From Allosphingosinicella sp. (GTDB lineage: Bacteria; Pseudomonadota; Alphaproteobacteria; Sphingomonadales; Sphingomonadaceae), in assembly GCA_036388255.1 (NCBI GenBank), contig DASVSD010000015.1, positions 1,962 through 65,961 of the forward strand: a stretch of DNA of 64,000 nucleotides, read 5' to 3'. Positions within the stretch are counted from its first letter, which is position 1. Every line of letters begins with the position of its first letter. Shown piece after piece: positions 37,641-45,505 of this stretch. The notes beneath the pieces are model-generated. The model saw only the letters and a list, made by a program, of their open reading frames with translations, was not told where the DNA came from and ran no database searches. Position numbers and translations under genes: made by a program.

Positions 37641-38713
37641 CCCGCCCTCGAGAAGCGGAAGCCCTCCGCCGCGAGCCCGGGTCCGAAAGCGAGCGCGACT
37701 CCCCGCTTCGCCTCGGGACGGCCGAGCAAATCGGCGAGCACGAACATCAGGGTCGAGGACGACATGTTGCCGAAGCGCGCGAGCACGTCCCGCGATGCCG
37801 CCAGCGCCTTCGGGTCCAGGCCCAGACCCTTCTCGACCGCGTCGAGGATCGAGCGCCCGCCGGCATGGACCGCCCAGGCGTCCACTTCGTCCATTTGCCA
37901 GCGCCCGAGCATCTTCGAGCGCACCTTGTCGTCGTGCAAAGCGGCGCCGATCCGCGACGGCACCTCGCCCGAAAGATGCATCGCGAAGCCGGTGTCGCCG
38001 ATCGTCCAGGTGATCAGCCCGGCCGAATCCTCGAGCGACGTCGCGAAGCTGCCTTCGATCGCGAAACCCTCCGGCTCGGCGGTGACCAGCGCCGCCGCCG
38101 CGCCGTCGCTGAACTGCAGCATCGCGAGCAAGGGCTCGACTTCGCGCTCCTCCTGCAGATGGAGGGAGGACAGTTCGACCGTGACGGCGAGCACCCGCGC
38201 CTCCGGCTCGGCGCGCACGATATGGTCGGCGACGCGAAGCGCCGAGACGGCGGCGTAGCAGCCCATGAAGCCGACCAGGGTCCGCTCGACCTCGGCGAGT
38301 CCGAGCGCCTCGGCGATGATCTGGTCGATGCCCGGCGCGGTGAAGCCCGTGCAGCTGGCGACGACGAGATGGGTGATTCCGGCCAGCGAGACCTGGCTGG
38401 CGAGCCGCGCGATCGCCTCGAGCGCCAGCTTCGGCGCCTCCTCGGCATAGACCTTCATCCGCTCCGAGGTCGGGGGGGCGGCGCCCTGGTAGAAGCCGCC
38501 CGGCGCGACCGGGGAGCCGCCGCCCTCGCCCGGCGCGAGCACCGACCAGCGATGCTCGATCCCCGAGCGCTCGGCCATCCGCCGGAACAGCGCGCGGGCG
38601 CGCTCATCCTCGATCCGGCGCTCGGCCCATTCGATGAAGGCGCGATGGACGTCGTGGCCGGGGACGGCGGTGCCGATCGCATTGATGTATGAAACGCGCA
38701 ACCGAGCACCCAT
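37637..38713 (-). CDS. Type III polyketide synthase (chalcone synthase-like)
   Basis: GFMGC (Cys), VHAGG (His), FGNMSS (Asn), AFGPGL. Confidence 0.93.
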   Translation of the reverse strand: MGARLRVSYINAIGTAVPGHDVHRAFIEWAERRIEDERARALFRRMAERSGIEHRWSVLAPGEGGGSPVAPGGFYQGAAPPTSERMKVYAEEAPKLALEAIARLASQVSLAGITHLVVASCTGFTAPGIDQIIAEALGLAEVERTLVGFMGCYAAVSALRVADHIVRAEPEARVLAVTVELSSLHLQEEREVEPLLAMLQFSDGAAAALVTAEPEGFAIEGSFATSLEDSAGLITWTIGDTGFAMHLSGEVPSRIGAALHDDKVRSKMLGRWQMDEVDAWAVHAGGRSILDAVEKGLGLDPKALAASRDVLARFGNMSSSTLMFVLADLLGRPEAKRGVALAFGPGLAAEGFRFSRAG

Positions 38714-38782
38714 CCAAGCCGATCACGCACAGCTAGGCGTGGCGAACGCTCACTACAATGGCGGCTTGACCGGCGGTGCGGC

Positions 38783-40432
38783 TCAGTCGCGGCCCTCGCG
38801 ACGCATCTCGGCGGCGGCGCGCCGCATGTCGCGCGCGCCCGCGCGCATGCCGCGTGCGCCGTCGCGCAGGTCCCGCGAAAGCGCGATCAGCTCCTGGTGG
38901 GTGAGATGCTCGCCGCGGGCGGCGGCTTCGGCGATGCGCCGCTCGCGGTAGCGGGCAGAGCCGAGCTGGTCGGCCTCCTGCTCCATCCGGCGGGCGCCGT
39001 CGCTGAGCCCTTCAGCGCCGCGCTCGATCCCGACGGCGCCGGCCGCGATGCCGCGGCGCGCAGCGGCGGTCGCCTCGGCGGCGATCCGCCGGGTCTCCAC
39101 GGCGGCCATGCGGGTCGCAACCGCCACCGCGGCCTCGACGTGCCGGGCGATCGCCGCCTCGTCCACATCGACGATCGGGGGAAGCGGAGCCGGCGCCGGC
39201 GCAGCCGGGGGAACGGCGGGATAAGCCGGGTGGGGATGGAGGGCCAGCTTGGCGGCCAAAGGCGGCGGCGGCGCGGCAGGCGCGGCGGCGCCGATCACCA
39301 CCAAAGGCGGCGCCGCGCCGGGAGGGATCGGCGCCGCCGCGACCGCAGCCGGGGAGGGCGGGGCCGCGGGGACGGAAGCGGGCGCCGCCGGGGCGCGCGG
39401 TCCGTCGCGCGCTTCGGCGACGGCCGGGATCAGCTGCAGCACCGCGAGGGTCACCGCGAACAAGGCGCAGCCGGCGGTGGCGGCCAGCGCCCACGGCGAG
39501 CCGGCCTGGGCGGAGCGGCGGCGGGCGTCGAGGATCGCGCGCACCCGTCGGGACAGCGCCGAAGCGGAGGGCGCGATGCTGTTGGCCGGGACGAGCGCGC
39601 CGGCGCTGAACTGCGCCCAGTGGACCAGGGTCTGGGCGTAGCGCGCGGGCTCGACGCAGAGCGCCGCCTCGATGTCCGCCGCTTCCTCCGCCTGCTGGAC
39701 GACCTCGCGCTCGAGCAGCCAGACCAAGGGATTGAACCAGAACAAGGCCGCCGCGATCCGGGTGAGCATCAGCACCGCCCAATCGCGGCGGACGACGTGC
39801 GCGATCTCGTGGGCCAGGATCGCGTCCGCGTCCTCGGGTTCGTCGAGCGTGTCGCGATCGATCAGGATGACCGGGCGCGCGAGGCCCCAGCTGAGCGGCG
39901 ACGGCGCTTCGTCCGAGACCAGCAGCCTCAACCCGCGCGGCGCGTCGGCGGCCCAGCGGGCGCGCTCGAACGCCTCATTCCATTGCGGGCAGTCGATCTC
40001 GCGTGCCGCCTTGGTCCAGCGCCGCAAGGTCCAAAGGCCTGCGCCGAGCCGGGCGCCCGCCATCGCGACCCCGCCCAGATAGAGGATCAGGAAGAGCAGG
40101 CTGGGATCGTCCCGCATCGGCTCGGGCGAGGGCGCGGAGGCGAACTCCGCGGCGCGCGGCGCGGGCGTGGCGGCGGGCATAGCGGCCGCGGAGAAATCGG
40201 CGGGAGAGGCGGCGGCGATCGCCTCCGCCGGCTCGGCTGCCCAGGCCTCGATCTGGAGCTTGGGCAATATGAGCGAGAAGAGCGGGAGGAGCAGGAGCAG
40301 GGTGACGGCGACGCGAAGCACCGCGGACCGGTCGGCGGCGGCGCGCGAGCGCAGGGTCGCGGCGAGGGCGAGGGCGACGCCGGCGATCAGCGCCGACTTC
40401 CAGGCCATTTCGATCAGGAACTCGAAGCTCAT
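38783..40432 (-). CDS. M56 family (BlaR1-like) metallopeptidase / anti-repressor
   Basis: TM segments; AHEIAHV HExxH; FWFNPLVW; EEAAD; Pro-rich periplasmic tail. Confidence 0.9.
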   Translation of the reverse strand: MSFEFLIEMAWKSALIAGVALALAATLRSRAAADRSAVLRVAVTLLLLLPLFSLILPKLQIEAWAAEPAEAIAAASPADFSAAAMPAATPAPRAAEFASAPSPEPMRDDPSLLFLILYLGGVAMAGARLGAGLWTLRRWTKAAREIDCPQWNEAFERARWAADAPRGLRLLVSDEAPSPLSWGLARPVILIDRDTLDEPEDADAILAHEIAHVVRRDWAVLMLTRIAAALFWFNPLVWLLEREVVQQAEEAADIEAALCVEPARYAQTLVHWAQFSAGALVPANSIAPSASALSRRVRAILDARRRSAQAGSPWALAATAGCALFAVTLAVLQLIPAVAEARDGPRAPAAPASVPAAPPSPAAVAAAPIPPGAAPPLVVIGAAAPAAPPPPLAAKLALHPHPAYPAVPPAAPAPAPLPPIVDVDEAAIARHVEAAVAVATRMAAVETRRIAAEATAAARRGIAAGAVGIERGAEGLSDGARRMEQEADQLGSARYRERRIAEAAARGEHLTHQELIALSRDLRDGARGMRAGARDMRRAAAEMRREGRD

Positions 40433-40803
40433 CACTGCCGCTCCTTCGCATCGTCGATGGCGCGCTGAAGCGCCTCCAGCTCCTCCGGCTTCATCGTCTT
40501 GGTGAGGCCGAGCAACGCGGTCGCCGCGGTCGCGGCGGAGCCGTCGAAAAAGGTCTTCACGAATTGCTTCAGCGCGGATTCGCGCACCTTCGAGCGCTGC
40601 GGCACGCTGCGATAGACGTAGCTCTGCTCGCGCATCGTGTGGCGGACATGGCCCTTGGCCTCGAGCCGCCCGAGCAGGGTCCGCACCGCCGAGTAGGAAG
40701 GCGGATCGGCCATGCGCTCGCGCACCTCGGCGGCGGTCGCCTCGCCGGCGCTCACCAGGATCTCGAAAATCTCGCGCTCGCGGCGCGGCAGCGATTCGAT
40801 CAA
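40432..40803 (-). CDS. BlaI/MecI/CopY family repressor
   Basis: LPRREREIFEIL, SYSAVRTLLGRLEAKG, FFDGS; TTG start after AGGAGAG. Confidence 0.9.
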   Translation of the reverse strand: MIESLPRREREIFEILVSAGEATAAEVRERMADPPSYSAVRTLLGRLEAKGHVRHTMREQSYVYRSVPQRSKVRESALKQFVKTFFDGSAATAATALLGLTKTMKPEELEALQRAIDDAKERQ

Positions 40804-40814
40804 GGACTCTCTCC

Positions 40815-40846
40815 TGCTACCCTCGTAGCATGCCACGTTTGTAGCA
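40815..40846. promoter_or_regulatory. Tandem BlaI-type operators
   Basis: TGCTAC-CCTC-GTAGCA followed directly by TGCCAC-GTTT-GTAGCA. Confidence 0.7.
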
Positions 40847-40922
40847 CAACGCAACCCCCGTTCGTCGCGTCGGCCCCTCATTTCGCCGCCGAAAGCCTGA
40901 AGCCGCGATGAACGACCGAGCC

Positions 40923-41049
40923 CGTCATCCCGGCGAAGGCCGGGATCTCAGGGAGAGTAGGCGACAGCATCGATGGAGAGCGCCGAAAGGAGTCTCGCGC
41001 AAGCCTCGGCGACTTCTCGTCACGAGATCCCGGCCTTCGCCGGGATGAC
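40923..41049. repeat. REP-like inverted doublet (GTCATCCCGGCGAAGGCCGGGATC family)
   Basis: Same arms as 19733-19850 and 26374-26486, with a different spacer. Confidence 0.9.
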
Positions 41050-41057
41050 CGTCCCGC

Positions 41058-41840
41058 TCAGCGCCGCCGCGCTGGCTTGCGGAACCGATACACCACCCGG
41101 TCGGTCCGCCCGCGGATCGACTCGTCGAAGACGTTGCGGCTGTGGTCGTCGGCCGAATTGCGCAGCATGTCGCTCTGCGCCTCGAGCACGAAGCCGGCGC
41201 GCTCGAAGTCCGCGCGGACCGTCGCCGGGTCGATCCGGTGCGTGGCCTCGACGACGGCGCGGGTGTCGCCGCCGGGATCCGCGATGTGGTCGATGACCGC
41301 GACGATTCCGCCCGGCCGGGTCGCGTTCCAGATCGCCTGGACGGCGCTGTTCGGGTCGATCCGCGGCAGGCCGAAGCGCGCGCTCTCCCAATAAGCGTCG
41401 TGATAGACGAGGTGGAGCATGACGAAGTCGAAGCTCTCGGGGGCGAAGGAGAGCGCCGTCATCGGCGTGCCGTAGAAATAAGTGTTGGGGCTGCGCTCGC
41501 GGAGCGCGGCCAGCGCCGTGCGCACCCGCTCGTTGCGCATGAAGCCTTCGCCGTTCCAGCCGACCACCAGCCCCTGGGGGCCGACGGCGCGGGCCATGAT
41601 CTCGGCATAGTAACCGGTGCCGGTGAAGTAATCGAGGACGCGGTCGCCGCGGCGCAGGCCCATGAAGCGCAGCAACTCGGCCGGTCGCCTTACCTCGTCG
41701 AGCGCAATCTGGTCGGCCGGCCGGCCCGGCGCCGCGACCGCCGCCCTCAGCTCCGCCTCGCCGAGCGGCTGGCGTGCGCTCTGCGCGGCGAGCGGAGCCG
41801 TCACGATCGCGGCAAGCAGTAGAAGAGCGCGCTTCACCAT
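41058..41840 (-). CDS. Exported class I SAM-dependent methyltransferase-like protein
   Basis: Signal peptide; DEVRRPAELLRF, GTGYYAEI, RPGGIVAVIDH, HRIDP, IRGRTDR. Confidence 0.85.
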   Translation of the reverse strand: MVKRALLLLAAIVTAPLAAQSARQPLGEAELRAAVAAPGRPADQIALDEVRRPAELLRFMGLRRGDRVLDYFTGTGYYAEIMARAVGPQGLVVGWNGEGFMRNERVRTALAALRERSPNTYFYGTPMTALSFAPESFDFVMLHLVYHDAYWESARFGLPRIDPNSAVQAIWNATRPGGIVAVIDHIADPGGDTRAVVEATHRIDPATVRADFERAGFVLEAQSDMLRNSADDHSRNVFDESIRGRTDRVVYRFRKPARRR

Positions 41841-41916
41841 GGTCCGTCCCCTCGTTCGTGTCGGACCAGGAATAACAGGCGGGGCCGCCTGCCCAAAGCG
41901 ATTCGAGAGCCGGGGT

Positions 41917-43128
41917 TCACCGCCGCGGCGGCGGCGGCGGCGGGGGCGGGTCTTCGCAGGGCTGCGGCGGCACCGGATCGGGGCCGGCCGTCCCGCGGCG
42001 CACGCGGTCGGCGAATTCGTCCTCGCGCGCCCAGCAGGCGGAGAGTCGCCGCCAGGCCTCCTCGCGCGAGACGCGCTGGCGCTGCGCGATGGCGTCGACC
42101 CGCCACGCGGAATGGCGGCGGCGGAAGGCGTAGTAGCTGCGCGGGTTGCCGACAAAAACGACCCGCCCGGGCCCGCAGGCCGCGCGGACCGCCGCGGTCG
42201 CTTCGGCGTCGGCGATTTCGCGGCCCGCCCCGCCGCCGAGCACCATCCGCTCGCCGACCCGTGCCGGATCGCCGCCATAGCCGCCCGCGCCGCGCTGGTA
42301 GAGGATAAGCGCGCCCGAATCGTCGAGCCTGATTCCGGTCTCCGCGCCGAAAAAGGCGAACGGGTCGTCCTCGCCGGCGCCGTCGAGCCGGAAGCAGCCG
42401 TCGCGAAGCACGATCGTGCCGACATTGAGTTCGGCCGTCTCCGCGCCGGTGCGGTGCCGGGCCTGCGGCAGGATGCGCACGAAGCGGCGCGCCGCCTGCG
42501 CCACCGGCTCGGCCGGATCGAGCGCGTCGGCGCCGGTGACCCGCACGAACGGCGGAACCCGCAGCCGCCCGCTCGCGAGCAGGGCTGCGACCTCGGCCGC
42601 GTCGACCGCGGCAATGATCCTGACCTCGTTGTCCGACACATAGGTTCCGCCTTCCGCGGGGATCCCGAGCCGCCGCAGCTGCCCGAACGCATCCGCCTGC
42701 CCGGCATGAAGCTCGACCAGCGAGTGGCGGACCTGGCGGGCGACGAACAACGGATTGGCGGTGTAGCGCCTCAGCGTCGCCTCGGGATCGCGGACGAAGC
42801 CGACCACGACCCGCCATTCGGGCGTATGCTCGATCCAGATGTCGGCATAATTGCCGCGTTGCTCGGCCTCGAGCCGCGGCCCGATCCGCCCGATCTCCCC
42901 GACGACCTCGTGCTGCAGCCGCATCCGCCGCTGCGCCTCGGCCTCGCTTACGCCGTGCGCCTGTGCGTACCAGCCGGCCTCGCCGCTCGGCCGCCCGTCC
43001 GGACCGGGCGGCGCGTCGCCGAAGCCGGCGGGCGGCGCCGTCTCGATCGTCGGATAGCTGCCGGGATTTGGCTGGGCGGACAAAGCGGCGGGCGCGCAGG
43101 CGAGCAGCAGGAAGAGGCGGCGGCGCAT
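41917..43128 (-). CDS. Hypothetical secreted protein with protease-propeptide-like N-terminal region
   Basis: Signal peptide; YAQAHGVSEAEAQRRMRLQ...WIEHTPEWRVVV; poly-Pro tail. Confidence 0.65.
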   Translation of the reverse strand: MRRRLFLLLACAPAALSAQPNPGSYPTIETAPPAGFGDAPPGPDGRPSGEAGWYAQAHGVSEAEAQRRMRLQHEVVGEIGRIGPRLEAEQRGNYADIWIEHTPEWRVVVGFVRDPEATLRRYTANPLFVARQVRHSLVELHAGQADAFGQLRRLGIPAEGGTYVSDNEVRIIAAVDAAEVAALLASGRLRVPPFVRVTGADALDPAEPVAQAARRFVRILPQARHRTGAETAELNVGTIVLRDGCFRLDGAGEDDPFAFFGAETGIRLDDSGALILYQRGAGGYGGDPARVGERMVLGGGAGREIADAEATAAVRAACGPGRVVFVGNPRSYYAFRRRHSAWRVDAIAQRQRVSREEAWRRLSACWAREDEFADRVRRGTAGPDPVPPQPCEDPPPPPPPPRR

Positions 43129-43192
43129 CGGCAAGCCTTTGTCGGACAAGGGAAACACTGCCTGGACGAGCGCACCTGACGGAAAGCTGAAG

Positions 43193-44752
43193 CTAGGCGG
43201 CGGCGGCCCGCTCGCGCGCTCGTGCCGTGAGCAGCCGCATCGCCGCGTGCGCGGACAGGGCCGCGCCCTCCTGCCAGAACATCACATAGCTCAGATGTTC
43301 GCCGGCGAAGAAGACCGGCCCCTCCGGCCGGAGCAGCTCGGCGTAGCGCGGCGCCCGCGGAGTCGCGAACCAGTCGCCGCTGTTCGGCCCGACTCCCTCC
43401 GACCAGGGCGTGAGGCCCCAGGCGACCGTGACCGGCTTCGCGAGCAGCCGCGACTTGCCCGGATGCAGCGCCTCGACCGACTCGCGGCAGGCGCGGAAGC
43501 GCTCCTCGTGGCTCATCGCGGTGAAGCGCTCGGGATGGTCCTGCCCGGTCCAGCCCGCGACATAGGCCGCGACCAGCACGCCCTTCTCGGCGTGCCAATT
43601 GTCGGAAGGATAGATCAGATTCTCGTTCACGCGGTCGGTCCAGCCGAGGCCGCCGTAAATGCCCTCCTGCTCCCAGAAGCGCGGCGCCTCGAACGCGACC
43701 TTCGAGCTCTGCAGATAGGGCACGTCGCGGATCGCCGCCTTCTTGGCCGGCGAGAAGTCGTTCTCGACGCGTGCGAGCAAAGGCAGCGGCAGGGTGCAGA
43801 TGCAGTAATCGGCCTCGGTCGCGCGCCCGCCATGGACGACCCGCACCCGCTCGCCGACGCGGCGGATCTCGGTCACCGGCGAGTTCAGCCGGACGTTGCG
43901 CCGGACGCGCTGGTAGAGAGCGTGGGCGATCCGGTCCATGCCGCCGACCGGCTGGAACATCGGCGATTGCTGGTCGAAGAACTCCTCGAACAGCAATGGC
44001 AGCCCGACCGGGCGTCCGCTCAGTATCTCGCTGAGGGGCAGCGGCGGCAGCGTCCGCCCCGCGGCCTCATATCCTCCGGGCATCTCCGCATAGCCGGATC
44101 GCCCGTCCGGCGCGTAGTCGCCATTCTCCGCCAGGCTTCCGTAGAACGCCAGGAACTGGCGCATCAGGGTCTTCTCGGCCGGGCTCATCTGGCCGTCGAG
44201 CGCGCCGCGGTCGATCGCCTTGGCGAACAGCTCGGCGAGGCGCCCGCGCAGGTCGTTCTGCATCTGGCGGTTGCTGTGGACCCGGCCGTTAAACTCCCAG
44301 CGCGCGGCGCGGTTGGCGTTGACCATGATCTCGATCGGGACATCGAGATCGCGCGCATAGCCCAGCATAATGTGGTGCTGATGCGGGATGCGCGCGGCGC
44401 CGGCATTGAGATAGTGGCCCTCGGCGAAGGTGCACAGCTGATCCGGGCGTCCGGTCTGCACGACGCGGTCGCCGCCGCGGACCGTCCAGACCCGCCCGCC
44501 GATCCGGTCGCGGGCCTCGATCACCATCACGTCCCAGCCGGCGCGCTTCAGCTCGTAGGCCGAGACCAAACCGGCGATCCCGGCGCCGAGGATCACCACC
44601 TTCCGCCCGTTCCCGCCTGCGCGCGGCAGGTCGAGCGGCTCGGCCGCGGCGGGCGAATTGAGCAGCCCCAGCGCCTCCATGCCGAGATAGGCCGCGCTGT
44701 AGCCGCCGACGGCACCCAGCCGCTCGAGAAATGTCCGCCGCGTCAACGCCAT
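43193..44752 (-). CDS. Flavin monoamine oxidase / L-amino acid oxidase family
   Basis: TRRTFL Tat motif; VVILGAGIAGL, EARDRIGGR, FQPVGGMD, FAGEHLS, WQEGA. Confidence 0.92.
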   Translation of the reverse strand: MALTRRTFLERLGAVGGYSAAYLGMEALGLLNSPAAAEPLDLPRAGGNGRKVVILGAGIAGLVSAYELKRAGWDVMVIEARDRIGGRVWTVRGGDRVVQTGRPDQLCTFAEGHYLNAGAARIPHQHHIMLGYARDLDVPIEIMVNANRAARWEFNGRVHSNRQMQNDLRGRLAELFAKAIDRGALDGQMSPAEKTLMRQFLAFYGSLAENGDYAPDGRSGYAEMPGGYEAAGRTLPPLPLSEILSGRPVGLPLLFEEFFDQQSPMFQPVGGMDRIAHALYQRVRRNVRLNSPVTEIRRVGERVRVVHGGRATEADYCICTLPLPLLARVENDFSPAKKAAIRDVPYLQSSKVAFEAPRFWEQEGIYGGLGWTDRVNENLIYPSDNWHAEKGVLVAAYVAGWTGQDHPERFTAMSHEERFRACRESVEALHPGKSRLLAKPVTVAWGLTPWSEGVGPNSGDWFATPRAPRYAELLRPEGPVFFAGEHLSYVMFWQEGAALSAHAAMRLLTARARERAAAA

Positions 44753-44815
44753 GCCGTCCCCCCTTCCGCCTCCGCCGTACTCAGGATGAACGGCTGTTTT
44801 TCGATTCTCACCTCG

Positions 44816-45313
44816 TCACCGCGGCGGCGCCGCCGCCGTCGCCTCGATCTCGACCAGCCAGCCGGGATCGACCAGCCCCGCCACTTCCATCGTCGAGCGG
44901 GCCGGCCGGTTCGGCTGCGCCGCCGTCCCGAAAAATTCGCGGTAGGCGGTCATCATTCCGGCAAAGTCCATCCGGTCCTGCCCCGGCGGGGCCACCAGGA
45001 ATATGCGCATCATCACGATGTCGCCGAGGCCGAGGCCGTGCCGCGCCAGCTCGGCGCCGATCTTGCGCAGCACCGAGCGCGTCTGCGTGGCGGTATCGCC
45101 GTAACGCTGCACCGATCCCGCGGGCGCGGAGGTATCGACTGCGTCCGGCACCGTCCCGCTGACATAGACCAGCCGGTAGCCCGGCGGAACTTGGGCCGAG
45201 CTCAGGATCGGCGACTGCGGCGCCCCGATCCGCCCGATCTCGCCGACGACGGGACGGACCGGCGAGCAGGCCCCGGCGGCGAGCGCCAGAGCGATGGTTG
45301 GAATCGGCCGCAT
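44816..45313 (-). CDS. RidA family lipoprotein
   Basis: Lipobox AGAC; VYVSG, PARSTMEVAGL, LVEIEA. Confidence 0.9.
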   Translation of the reverse strand: MRPIPTIALALAAGACSPVRPVVGEIGRIGAPQSPILSSAQVPPGYRLVYVSGTVPDAVDTSAPAGSVQRYGDTATQTRSVLRKIGAELARHGLGLGDIVMMRIFLVAPPGQDRMDFAGMMTAYREFFGTAAQPNRPARSTMEVAGLVDPGWLVEIEATAAAPPR

Positions 45314-45505
45314 TCGTACGTCCCCCTCCGCTTCGGTCTACCGCCCTGCCGGCGCGCTTCCAAACGGATTCAGGCGGGTCGCGTCCACGCGCCGCGGCAC
45401 CGGGAAAGCTCCGTCTTTCGTGTTGGAGGGAACCTGGCGCGAACGCATTGACACTGCTTTTTCACGTCTTATGAAAGACTTGTTCGGGGGTGGAGTTTCC
45501 AGAAA

